The translations under genes were made by a program, and so were the position numbers. Under the pieces are notes generated by a model. That model did no database searches. It was not told the origin of the DNA and worked only from the letters and a program-made list of their open reading frames with translations. Shown here piece by piece: positions 1 to 9,580 of a stretch of 64,000 bases of DNA (its first letter is position 1; every line of letters starts with the position of its first letter). This stretch comes from an uncultured Nitrososphaerota archaeon (GTDB lineage Archaea > Thermoproteota > Nitrososphaeria > Nitrososphaerales > Nitrosopumilaceae), in the NCBI GenBank assembly GCA_963722115.1, contig CAVRLU010000009.1, positions 29,457 through 93,456 of the forward strand, given 5' to 3'.

Positions 1-1
1 T

Positions 2-109
2 GAAATTTTTAAAGTTGATTTGAATAAACTTAATAAAATTATGGAAAGCGACGATAATTTTAAAAATGTAGTTGATGGACTAACCGAACTAGATCAATTT
101 CTGAACTAA
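2..109 (+). CDS. 3' end of a gene entering from the left edge (EIFKVDLNKLNKIMESDDNFKNVVDGLTELDQFLN*), function unknown
   Basis: Frame 2 is open from the window edge to TAA at 107-109 and overlaps the convergent stop of the next gene. Confidence 0.45.
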   Translation, partial: EIFKVDLNKLNKIMESDDNFKNVVDGLTELDQFLN

Positions 110-612
110 GATTGAGGTTTAACGCGATTTTTAATAAGATACATCATACCAACTGCAAGTCCAGCAAGACCTGCCATAAGTACTATGAATCCGGAAATAT
201 CTGCTAATTCTATGCCTTCTGGATAATATCCTATTATTCCAAGAATTTGAATTTCTCTCTGTCCTTGATTATCTATTTGTAAGGTATAATTTCCAGAGGT
301 AGATATCTTGAAAATTTCCTGAATTGGACTTTTTGTTACAGATTTTGTTATTATTGTATTGCCACTAGGATCAATTACAATTGCTTTGATATTGTCATCA
401 TTTTTTAAATCGGTTACCTGAATAGCATATACTCCTTTTGGATTGTTGTTTGGGTCCATTCCTTTTGTAATGGTCATTTGTGTCCCGACACTAAGGGTCT
501 TTTGTTCATTTACAAGATTTTCAGAAGTTGTTTGAGATTGATATGCTGTTATGGCAATTCCAACCAATACCAATATTCCACTTGCTATTATGATTGTTCT
601 AGGTTTTACCAC
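106..612 (-). CDS. Hypothetical membrane protein with N- and C-terminal TM helices around a beta-rich extracellular domain
   Basis: 168-aa ORF; hydrophobic stretches IIIASGILVLVGIAI and FIVLMAGLAGLAVGMMYLI. Confidence 0.7.
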   Translation of the reverse strand: MVKPRTIIIASGILVLVGIAITAYQSQTTSENLVNEQKTLSVGTQMTITKGMDPNNNPKGVYAIQVTDLKNDDNIKAIVIDPSGNTIITKSVTKSPIQEIFKISTSGNYTLQIDNQGQREIQILGIIGYYPEGIELADISGFIVLMAGLAGLAVGMMYLIKNRVKPQS

Positions 613-682
613 AATGCATCTGAATTCTGACCCTTAGTTAAACTTAGTATGAAAATGTCATGATTTATCAATCATAATTGGT

Positions 683-3600
683 ATGAATTATTCGACAACA
701 TTATCTTGTACATCTGCTAACATTAGAAAGTTGTACAAAATTCTGTTAATTCTTTTAGTTTCTTCAATGATTGTACCTACAATGACACTGCCTAATGTAA
801 AAGCCTATTCTGATCATCCTAATCTTTTTGTCTCTGCAGAAAACAGTCTTTTTAATAATTATTTTTCTGGCCCAATGGTAGTTGAAGTTATGGTAAGTGA
901 AGCTAATAATCAATTAGATCAAGCATTAGGGGAACCAAATGTTTCTGTAGGTGGAAAACGTCTTCGAATGGTTCAAGGCTCTGATGGTAATTGGCATGCT
1001 TTTTTTGCAAATACTGACAAAGCACAACAAGCTGATCAAGCAGCACTCTCTGGGTCTCCAGGTCAGAGTATTGACTTTGGAGTTTTCTGTTCTGGTTCTA
1101 CACCTTCATCTGTTTTAGGAATTGATGTTTCACAAACTGACGGTGTGGCAATACCTGATTCTGCAGGATTGTCTGGTACGACTCAAGGAACTGCTGGCTT
1201 TAATTCATGTACTGGTAATCCGACAACTCCATCAAGTCAAAATAATGTTGTACGAAATACTCCCTCTCTGAACACAAATCCACAAGTTCCAGTTGGTCAA
1301 GTAGGAATTAATCCAAACGTCTGGCCTCTCATTCAACTTTTTACTTTTAGTAATACTGTTCACATAGAATATGATGGTTCAACAGGTACTCAAAGTGTAG
1401 ATCTTAATTATTCTGACATTCCAAATATTTCATTAAAACTTGACAAAGACGCATATCCAGCTGGTTCGGATGTTTTTGCAACAATAAATGATATTGAGTT
1501 GAGCATAGATCCTACATCGAGGAATTCGTGGACTTTCAATGTTGGTTCTCCAGCAGCTACATTCTATCAGGCCTTTTCAGAATCAGGTAGGAGTGCAAGC
1601 GGATTGGTGAATCTATTACCTTACCTGAGTAGTCTTGGATTCAAAGATAATGGAAAATTAAGTATGGATACATCAGATGTTGTTAATCTGAAAACTAATT
1701 CTGTTCAAACAAGTTCATCCCTTACTGGTGGATACAACCAGTTGGTAACTTTTGTAGAAACAGGGCCACATACTGGAATTTTTGAAGTCTCCTATAGTAG
1801 TATATCTACCATAGGAACACTACCAACTGCTCCTAGGTATCACGCAGGTTCAATTACTTATAATCTTCAAAGTGCGTCTATTGTTTCAGGTACTTCTACC
1901 GCGAGCCTCACTGTTGGTACTGGTCAGAGTCAATTCAATCCAGGTCAAAGAGAAACAATCACTCTAGTAGATGACACTCAAAATCTTAACTCGAATCAGA
2001 TTGATCAACTAGATGTTTTTAGAAGTTCAGCAAAAATACCGACCTTGAAGATTGGAAATCCAATTACGTTGAGTAGTTCTTCTGATGTTAGATTCTATCC
2101 TAATTCCATAGGTTTTTCAAATCCTCTTTCTATTTCATCCACTGTATTTGATGCTAATTCCTTGCGGTTGATAGTAGATACTAGAACTCAATCAATGCCA
2201 AGTTTCCAGAAAATCACAATAAATCTTGGTATTTCAGCCCAGTCTCTTAAGGACCTGCTCATAGATACAAGTCAACCCAATTCGGGCGGAACTAACTGGA
2301 TTAATTATGATCTGAGGTCTTTTCAACAACAACTTGGCATAACATCATTTTCTGGTACTAGCATGACATTATATTTTGGCTCTGTTGGAGGCCCATCCGT
2401 ACAAATTTTAGCACCAGGAACAATTGTTTTGGGTAATGGTCTAGTTCAGATAAGTGACGCTACAGTGGCGTCAATCAAATCAATGTCATCAAATCTACCA
2501 GTGTATTTGGAAATTAATTTCAACACTCACGGTAGTTTCTCAAATCCAAGCAATACTCAACCAATAGTGTTTGATCTCCTTTCTTTTGGAAGCAATAATA
2601 ATCAACTAGTGAATAATGCTATTTACCGGGCAGAACTACAAGAAACATCTGCCAATTCTGGTGTATTTTCTGGAACAATGGAGTATGCGGTAACAAATCA
2701 ATTAAATCAGTTTGATCCTAATCTGATTAAGGGTCTTAGTACTTTTGGAAGTAATATTAAATTTCTTGTAAATAATGACCTTACAGATGCTAACGCAATA
2801 CACTTTTCAATTATAGGTACTCAAGGAGGAACAACAGTACCTGTAACATCTCAACATAATCTTCCTACGCATACTGGTATAGTAGCACTCGATTCACCAA
2901 ATTATAGAATTGGTTCAGTTGTTACAATCACAGTCACTGATCCAGATCTAGCTACTGATGCTAATACTGTTGTAACTTATTCAAGTGTAAATGCTCCTGG
3001 CTCTCCAGCAGATGATACTGTTGGAGATAGTAGTGGAAACATACTCCTAGAAGTTTGGATTAAGGGATTTAGATTTCAACATTGTACAATAAACGGAGTT
3101 ACATATGGCGGACTTGCTGCTACGGGTTTTACACTAACTGAAACTGGACCAGGTACCGGAGTATTCCAAGGCCTTTTTAAAATGCCCTCACAGATATGTA
3201 GTGAGGATAGAACTAACCTGATATCTCCTGTTGGAGGTAGTGTTCAGGCATGGTATCATGATTTTAGAGATGAATTTGGTAGATCAGTTATAATAAGTTC
3301 CACCGTTGCAATACCTGCCAAAACACAGCCTACTACACAACCTACAACAACCACAATACAATACAATACCATCTCCAAGTCAACTCAAATTAGTGATAAA
3401 TCAGGAAGACCATTACTTCAAAATCCACATGTTGGGCAAACAATAAATTTTCAGAGTATGATTACAAACAAATACTATTCTAATTATCAGAAAATCTCTT
3501 ACATTGTTCAGGTAAAAGATAGTAACAATAAAGTAGTTTTCCTAAAATGGTCTGAAGATAATCTTGTAAATCTATCAACTACAAATGAAGAAATTCAATG

Positions 3601-3712
3601 GACACCAACATCGTCTGGGGTTTACACTGCCGAAGTCTATGTCTGGGATGGAATGGACTCTTTAGTTCCACTCATAGATAACAATCAATACAAAATTCAA
3701 GTTATCCCATAA
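683..3712 (+). CDS. Large secreted S-layer-like / cell-surface glycoprotein of thaumarchaeal type
   Basis: 1009 aa; signal peptide; Ser/Thr/Asn-rich; recurring ETGxxTGxF-like motifs (ETGPHTGIF, ETSANSGVF, ETGPGTGVF); Thr/Gln linker; C-terminal Ig-like domain (YIVQVKD...WTP...YTAEVYVW). Confidence 0.65.
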   Translation: MNYSTTLSCTSANIRKLYKILLILLVSSMIVPTMTLPNVKAYSDHPNLFVSAENSLFNNYFSGPMVVEVMVSEANNQLDQALGEPNVSVGGKRLRMVQGSDGNWHAFFANTDKAQQADQAALSGSPGQSIDFGVFCSGSTPSSVLGIDVSQTDGVAIPDSAGLSGTTQGTAGFNSCTGNPTTPSSQNNVVRNTPSLNTNPQVPVGQVGINPNVWPLIQLFTFSNTVHIEYDGSTGTQSVDLNYSDIPNISLKLDKDAYPAGSDVFATINDIELSIDPTSRNSWTFNVGSPAATFYQAFSESGRSASGLVNLLPYLSSLGFKDNGKLSMDTSDVVNLKTNSVQTSSSLTGGYNQLVTFVETGPHTGIFEVSYSSISTIGTLPTAPRYHAGSITYNLQSASIVSGTSTASLTVGTGQSQFNPGQRETITLVDDTQNLNSNQIDQLDVFRSSAKIPTLKIGNPITLSSSSDVRFYPNSIGFSNPLSISSTVFDANSLRLIVDTRTQSMPSFQKITINLGISAQSLKDLLIDTSQPNSGGTNWINYDLRSFQQQLGITSFSGTSMTLYFGSVGGPSVQILAPGTIVLGNGLVQISDATVASIKSMSSNLPVYLEINFNTHGSFSNPSNTQPIVFDLLSFGSNNNQLVNNAIYRAELQETSANSGVFSGTMEYAVTNQLNQFDPNLIKGLSTFGSNIKFLVNNDLTDANAIHFSIIGTQGGTTVPVTSQHNLPTHTGIVALDSPNYRIGSVVTITVTDPDLATDANTVVTYSSVNAPGSPADDTVGDSSGNILLEVWIKGFRFQHCTINGVTYGGLAATGFTLTETGPGTGVFQGLFKMPSQICSEDRTNLISPVGGSVQAWYHDFRDEFGRSVIISSTVAIPAKTQPTTQPTTTTIQYNTISKSTQISDKSGRPLLQNPHVGQTINFQSMITNKYYSNYQKISYIVQVKDSNNKVVFLKWSEDNLVNLSTTNEEIQWTPTSSGVYTAEVYVWDGMDSLVPLIDNNQYKIQVIP

Positions 3713-3728
3713 TAGAAATCTTGAATTT

Positions 3729-4886
3729 TCAAAAATTGTATTTGCTTTTGTATGGCGATACTGCGCGTAATTCCCGAACAACTTTTTTTAATATGTCTAC
3801 GGTTTCATCAATTTCTTGTTCTGTATTTGTTATTCCAACTGTAAGACGTAAAGACCCTGTAACTTGCTCATGTGAAAATCCCATTGCTTTTAACACATGT
3901 GATGCTTTTTGGATCTTTACAGAACAAGCAGAACCTGTAGATGCAGATATTTTATTTTCATCTAATTTTATTATTAGATCCTCTCCACTTACACCCAGAA
4001 AAGTAAAGTGAGTGTTATTGGGAATTCTCATGTCTGGATGTCCATTAAGTGTAGTGGATGGTATTTCAGATAAAACTCGTGAGATCAGTCTCGTAGTTAA
4101 TTTTTTGAAATGCACCATATTCTCACTCACATTATCCTTTGCTAATTTGCATGCCATTCCAAATCCAACAATGCTTGCTACGTTTTCTGTACCGGATCGT
4201 AATCCTCTTTCTTGACCTCCTCCTAAAATCAGAGGAGATATTTTTATACTGTTTCTGATATATAATGCTCCAACGCCTTTTGGACCGTTTATTTTATGAG
4301 ATGATATTGAAAGTAAATCAATTCCAAGTTCCTTGACGTCTATGGGTGTCTTTCCTACTGCTTGAACTGCGTCTGTATGAAAAATAATGTTTCTCTCTCT
4401 TGCAATCTGAGCTATCTCCTTTATGGGCTGTATTGTACCAACTTCGTTATTGGCATACATTATTGTAATCAGACAGGTATCACTTGAAATCTCTTTTTTG
4501 AGATCATCTGGATTTATGATACCGTATTGATCTACGGGAAGAAAAGATATTTTATATCCTTCCTTTTCAAGACGTCTACAGGGTTCAAGAATTGCATCAT
4601 GCTCAATGGATGATGTTATGATGTGTTTCCCTTTGCTTTCTAATGCTATTCCATAGATTGCAGTATTGTTTGATTCTGTTCCTCCAGAAGTTATGAGTAT
4701 TTCATTACTATCTGCATTGATGAGTGCTGCAATTCTTTTCCTTGCATTTTGAATTGCGGTATTTGCAAGCCTACCATGTCTATGTATGGAAGAAGGATTT
4801 CCGTATTGTTCTCTGAAATAAGGTAACATCTCTTCGATGACCTTTTCATGAACTGGTGTAGATGCGGCATTATCTAAGTAAATCAA
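3729..4886 (-). CDS. iscS: Cysteine desulfurase (IscS/NifS type)
   Basis: IYLDNAAST, GNPSSIH, SSHKINGPKG (PLP lysine), STGSACS (catalytic Cys). Confidence 0.93.
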   Translation of the reverse strand: MIYLDNAASTPVHEKVIEEMLPYFREQYGNPSSIHRHGRLANTAIQNARKRIAALINADSNEILITSGGTESNNTAIYGIALESKGKHIITSSIEHDAILEPCRRLEKEGYKISFLPVDQYGIINPDDLKKEISSDTCLITIMYANNEVGTIQPIKEIAQIARERNIIFHTDAVQAVGKTPIDVKELGIDLLSISSHKINGPKGVGALYIRNSIKISPLILGGGQERGLRSGTENVASIVGFGMACKLAKDNVSENMVHFKKLTTRLISRVLSEIPSTTLNGHPDMRIPNNTHFTFLGVSGEDLIIKLDENKISASTGSACSVKIQKASHVLKAMGFSHEQVTGSLRLTVGITNTEQEIDETVDILKKVVRELRAVSPYKSKYNF

Positions 4887-5683
4887 TCTGTTATCACATT
4901 GAGTTTACCTGATCGATATCCACTAGGATCAACTAAGACTGTTTTAAATCCCAATTGATTCATGTATTCCTTTAGCACTAACATCTTTTTTTCGTCACTG
5001 AGAAAAATAATTTGATTTTTATCTACTTCTATATTGGCACTATTTCCAAAGTCTCTAACTCTTACTTGTCTTACTCCGAAAAGTTGTTTTATCATAATCT
5101 CACTCTTCTCAATTCTTGCAAGCTTTTCAGCCGTAACGGTATTTCCCCATGGAATGCGTGATGCTAAACAGGAATTGGATGGTTTGTCATGGACTGAAAG
5201 ACCCATCTCTCTTGCTACTCTTCTAACATCTGCTTTTTTAAATCCACTTTCCACTAGGGGACTTTGAATACCGTTTTCTTTTAGGGCTATTATTCCAGGT
5301 CTATATTCTGTAAGATCATCCAGGTTAGTTCCGTCAACGATGAGACTGATTTTTTCTATTTTTGATAGTCTGAGAAGATGTTCTGATAATTCAGTTCTAC
5401 AATGAAAACATCTATTTTGATCATTCTTTACAAAGTCCGGATTATCAAGTTCATTGTATTCAATAATTATGTGTCTAATTCCTATCTCTTGACAAACTAT
5501 CTTTGCAGATTCTAACTCTTCCTGAGAGAGTGTCTTGTAGTCTGCTGTTACAGCAATAGCTTGTTTGCCCAGGGCTTTTTGGGCGGCATATGCCACAAGA
5601 GCACTATCAACGCCACCCGAAAGAGCTATCAGAACTTTTTCTTTTCCATGAAACCAATTTACTATTTCTTCTAACTGTTTCAT
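4883..5683 (-). CDS. larE: ATP-dependent sulfur transferase LarE (PP-loop), probably [4Fe-4S] type
   Basis: ALSGGVDS PP-loop, RCFHC, DGTNLDD..YRPG, KPSNSCLASRIP. Confidence 0.88.
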   Translation of the reverse strand: MKQLEEIVNWFHGKEKVLIALSGGVDSALVAYAAQKALGKQAIAVTADYKTLSQEELESAKIVCQEIGIRHIIIEYNELDNPDFVKNDQNRCFHCRTELSEHLLRLSKIEKISLIVDGTNLDDLTEYRPGIIALKENGIQSPLVESGFKKADVRRVAREMGLSVHDKPSNSCLASRIPWGNTVTAEKLARIEKSEIMIKQLFGVRQVRVRDFGNSANIEVDKNQIIFLSDEKKMLVLKEYMNQLGFKTVLVDPSGYRSGKLNVITD

Positions 5684-6912
5684 TTTATGTTTAGTCTCCG
5701 TTTGACCTCATCTGATATCAAATCTGATGCCACTTTAAATGATAATGCTAATGATTCTGAAATCGACTTGATATCGTCTGATTCTACTTTGAAATGCTTT
5801 ACAGTCTCCTCATGTTTTACAATCTTACATCTCACCGTGAAATTTTTTCCTTGTAAGAGAATAGGTACTGTGACAATTATTCTTGGAACAATATAGCGAC
5901 TAGAGGATCTTACTCGTACACCTAAGGTACCCGTCTCTGAAACGAGTATGCTCATCAAGATATTTGTAACAGATGGATCACATATTATGGAAACAAGATT
6001 AGTTGGTCTTCCTTTCTTTGTTATAGCTCCTGTTACAGTAACATCTTTTGCACCATTTGCAATTAGCGTGTCAATCATGTACCCAATTGTTTCACCAGAG
6101 ACATCATCTAGGTTTGTTTCAAGAATTTGTACTGTATCTAATTGAAATTCATTAATTGATTCCCCTCTGACAATTTTCAAAACATTGGAAAATCCTTCAA
6201 AGTCTTTATTTCCAGCACCATACCCTATTGATTTTATTTTCATTGTTGGATAAAATTCTGAACATCTATTTACCAGATTTACAAGTAGACTTGCACCAGT
6301 AGGTGTAGTTAGTTCCTCTTTGACTTGTCCTCCACAAATTATTGTATCTGAACCACGAAATATCTCAAGTATGGCACTTGCAGGATTTGATGTAGTTCCA
6401 TGAGAGAAAGTTAGAGTACCACCACCAACTGCCACTGGTGTTGAAATAATCTGGTCTGAAAATAATTTTAGATCATCTAATGCTATAGCAGAACCAATGA
6501 TGTCTATGACAGTATCAATGCTTGATGCTTCGTGAAAATGTACTGATTCTAGTGGTTCTCCATGTATCTTTGACTCTGCATGAAGCAGTGATCTGATGCT
6601 TTCCTTTGCAAAAACTTTGGCCTTCTCAGATAATCCTATCTTGTCCGATATTGACAATATACACTCTTGAATCTCCATTCCTTTTCGTTCATGGTGATTC
6701 TCACTTGTCTCTAAAACAAGACGTGTTGCCTCTATTCCATGTTTTACAACCTTGTCAAAATCTAATTTTGTAATTTTAGAACCTTTGAGATAATCTTCAA
6801 CTGAATGTACACCGTCTATGATTTTGGACTTGTTTGCTCCTATGCTAACTAATGAAGAAAGTAACATATCTCCAGAGATTCCAGCTATCTGTGCATCTAT
6901 TACAAGCACCAT
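5680..6912 (-). CDS. larC: Nickel-pincer cofactor nickel insertion protein LarC
   Basis: AGISGDM, VHFHE, ELTTPTGA, LETNLDD, KKGRP, ETGTLGVR motifs; full-length (C1+C2 in one frame). Confidence 0.9.
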   Translation of the reverse strand: MVLVIDAQIAGISGDMLLSSLVSIGANKSKIIDGVHSVEDYLKGSKITKLDFDKVVKHGIEATRLVLETSENHHERKGMEIQECILSISDKIGLSEKAKVFAKESIRSLLHAESKIHGEPLESVHFHEASSIDTVIDIIGSAIALDDLKLFSDQIISTPVAVGGGTLTFSHGTTSNPASAILEIFRGSDTIICGGQVKEELTTPTGASLLVNLVNRCSEFYPTMKIKSIGYGAGNKDFEGFSNVLKIVRGESINEFQLDTVQILETNLDDVSGETIGYMIDTLIANGAKDVTVTGAITKKGRPTNLVSIICDPSVTNILMSILVSETGTLGVRVRSSSRYIVPRIIVTVPILLQGKNFTVRCKIVKHEETVKHFKVESDDIKSISESLALSFKVASDLISDEVKRRLNIK

Positions 6913-7039
6913 GATTTTCTAAACATACTAGAATGCATATAAATTGTAATTTGTCCATAACTTGTTTGAAGAAATACTGTATTCATAATTCTGATAAAAG
7001 ACAGTCAAGTTTAATTAGAGATTACATTGAGGGCATTTT

Positions 7040-7954
7040 ATGATTACAATTATTGGCTCTGGAAAAGTGGGTGGAGCAGCTGCATTATTTACAGCTCTTA
7101 GAAAAGTTACAGATGAAATACTGCTATTAGATGTAGTTCAAGGTCTTCCACAAGGAGAGGCTATGGACATAAATCACATGTTGGCAGAAAAAGGAATCGA
7201 TGTAAACGTTAGAGGTTCAAATGATTATTCTGAAATGAAAGGCTCTGACATTGTAGTTGTTGTTGCTGGTTCTGGCAGAAAACCTGGAATGACAAGAATG
7301 GATCTTCTAAAAATAAATGCGTCAATAGTAAAAGGTGTTGTAGAAAATATTCAAAAATATGCCAAAGATGCAATGATAGTTCCAGTGACTAACCCGCTAG
7401 ATCCAATGGCATATCTTACTTACAAAGTCTCAGGATTTCAAAAAAATAGGGTATTTGGAATGGGTGGTATGCTTGATTTGTCACGATTTACACAATTTAT
7501 ACATGAATCTACTGGTTACTCGAGAAATTCTATACGTGCACTTGTAGTAGGTGAACATGGTGAGAACATGCTCCCACTTCCAAGATTCTCTACTATATCT
7601 GGAATGCCGCTTTCTTCAATTTTATCAAAGGAGAAGATTGAAGAAATTGTACAGGGTACAAGACAAGTTGCAGCAAAGGTGATAGAACTAAAGGGTGCAA
7701 CAGTTCATGCCCCAGGAAATGCAATATCTACAATCATAGAGGCAGTGTTAAACAACACACGACAGGTTATTCCTGTAGCAACATATCTTGATGGAGAATA
7801 TGGTTACTCTGATGTCTCTATTGGCGTTCCAGCAGTTATAGGTAAAAACGGTGTTGAGAAAATAATAGAATTGGACTTGGATTCAAATGAAAAAGAGTGG
7901 TTCAAAAAGGGAGTAGAGAGCGTCAAGGGAGCCATTTCAAATCTTGAGCTCTGA
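7040..7954 (+). CDS. mdh: Malate dehydrogenase (LDH-like)
   Basis: IIGSGKVG Rossmann motif, [10 protein letters not shown] substrate loop (Arg = malate specificity), VTNPLD, GEHG. Confidence 0.92.
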   Translation: MITIIGSGKVGGAAALFTALRKVTDEILLLDVVQGLPQGEAMDINHMLAEKGIDVNVRGSNDYSEMKGSDIVVVVAGSGRKPGMTRMDLLKINASIVKGVVENIQKYAKDAMIVPVTNPLDPMAYLTYKVSGFQKNRVFGMGGMLDLSRFTQFIHESTGYSRNSIRALVVGEHGENMLPLPRFSTISGMPLSSILSKEKIEEIVQGTRQVAAKVIELKGATVHAPGNAISTIIEAVLNNTRQVIPVATYLDGEYGYSDVSIGVPAVIGKNGVEKIIELDLDSNEKEWFKKGVESVKGAISNLEL

Positions 7955-7986
7955 TTAAATTTTTAACTGTATTATAATTACCAATA

Positions 7987-8787
7987 GTGTTGGATCTTAC
8001 TGAAATACTAGAATCGCTTGATCTAGGAAAGATAAGTGTACCCAAGGCTAAGAAATTGCTTTCTCTATACTCGGTAGAGAAAATAGAAAATTTTGCCAAG
8101 ATCGATATGAGTAGAAAGTTACGACGTGGAATACCCGAAGTTATATTTGCCGAAAAAAAAGAATTTTTGGATCTTAAGAAGATAATTCTTGCAACCACAT
8201 CTAAAGCAGATTCTGTCCTTGTCTCAAGAATCAACAAAGATCATTACAAGCGAATGTTGACTTTTTCTAGAAGGAACAAATTGAAAATACAGACAGGGAA
8301 AAATACTACAACTATACTTTTCTTCAAAAAATTATCTTCTACTGGAGGAAAGGTTGGAATACTGACAGCAGGAACTTCTGATGTTGGGGTTGCAGAAGAA
8401 GCAAGACTAATGTGTGAAGCTATGGGATGTCAATGTGTCTGTAGTTATGATGTTGGCATAGCTGGAATTCATAGGCTATTTCCTATAGTTAAAAAAATGA
8501 TACGTGATGATGTGGATGCAATTATAGTAGTTGCTGGAATGGAAGGGGCTCTTGCATCAATAATCTCATCATTAGTGGATATACCTGTAATTGGAGTGCC
8601 ATCATCGGTTGGATATGGTTATGGAGAAAAAGGAGTAGCCGCATTAGCATCTATGTTACAAAGTTGTACTTTGGGACTTTCTGTTGTTAATATTGACAAT
8701 GGCATCGGTGCAGGAGCATTTGCAGCTAATGTAGCAAATAGAAGTGTACGAAAAAAATCAGGCCTTAATAATTCCAAGACTTCCTAA
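7987..8787 (+). CDS. larB: Nickel-pincer cofactor biosynthesis carboxylase/hydrolase LarB (PurE-like)
   Basis: PEVIFAE, TAGTSD..VAEEA, DVGIAGIHRL, AGMEGAL, PSSVGYG, VVNIDNG. Confidence 0.9.
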   Translation: MLDLTEILESLDLGKISVPKAKKLLSLYSVEKIENFAKIDMSRKLRRGIPEVIFAEKKEFLDLKKIILATTSKADSVLVSRINKDHYKRMLTFSRRNKLKIQTGKNTTTILFFKKLSSTGGKVGILTAGTSDVGVAEEARLMCEAMGCQCVCSYDVGIAGIHRLFPIVKKMIRDDVDAIIVVAGMEGALASIISSLVDIPVIGVPSSVGYGYGEKGVAALASMLQSCTLGLSVVNIDNGIGAGAFAANVANRSVRKKSGLNNSKTS

Positions 8788-9477
8788 TTCAGAACCTATT
8801 CCGTATCCTATAAGAGCAATACCTGTACCTAGTCCTGCCATCTCTAATCCACCTCGTAGCATACTGATGTTGGCAATCTTTGATTTAATTGCACCAATGA
8901 TAAAAGATGCAGAAAGACTTACTCCAATTGCCACAAAGAGCGGAATATATCCGCTTAAAAAGAAATAGGGAATAATCGGTAGGATTCCTCCCACAAGAAA
9001 AGCACCAAACATACGGAAAGCACTCTTTAGAGGACTTCCAACTATTTCTAAATTCAATTTGAGTTCTTCTGTAAGCATTGTATCTAACCAAACTTTCTTA
9101 TCTGACGTAATCTTGCTTACAATTTTCTCTAAATCCTGACCTGTGAATCCTTTTGCCTTGTATACATCTTCTATCTCTCTTCTTTCTGCTTCTGGTACAT
9201 TATCCATCTCCCATTTCTCTCGTTCAATCTCTGAGTCTAGAATCTGTCTTTGTGATTTTACAGCAAGATAATTCTGAACAGCCATTGCTTTAGCACCTGT
9301 AAACATAGCAACCATTGCTGCAAGTATGATTATGTTGGAAGACATTGCTGCCCCTCCAACTCCAGCTACAAGCCCTAGTGAAGTGTTTATACCATCACCA
9401 AAACCAAATACGAAATCTCTTATCGAACTACTCTCTTTTTGATGTGCTTCTACATGTCTTGGTTCTACTCCACCCAT
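8758..9477 (-). CDS. VIT1/CCC1 family metal (Fe/Mn) transporter
   Basis: RDFVFGFGDG N-terminal motif, acidic cytoplasmic loop (EIEREKWE...EELKL), five TM helices. Confidence 0.88.
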   Translation of the reverse strand: MGGVEPRHVEAHQKESSSIRDFVFGFGDGINTSLGLVAGVGGAAMSSNIIILAAMVAMFTGAKAMAVQNYLAVKSQRQILDSEIEREKWEMDNVPEAERREIEDVYKAKGFTGQDLEKIVSKITSDKKVWLDTMLTEELKLNLEIVGSPLKSAFRMFGAFLVGGILPIIPYFFLSGYIPLFVAIGVSLSASFIIGAIKSKIANISMLRGGLEMAGLGTGIALIGYGIGSELGSLGIIKA

Positions 9478-9580
9478 TGTCTGTGTATGTGTAATGCCTG
9501 TTTATATGTCAAAAGTAAATAGTTTCATAATATAACAAGGTAAACGATTTATATCATAGAAAGAACTCGAAGAAAGGAGA

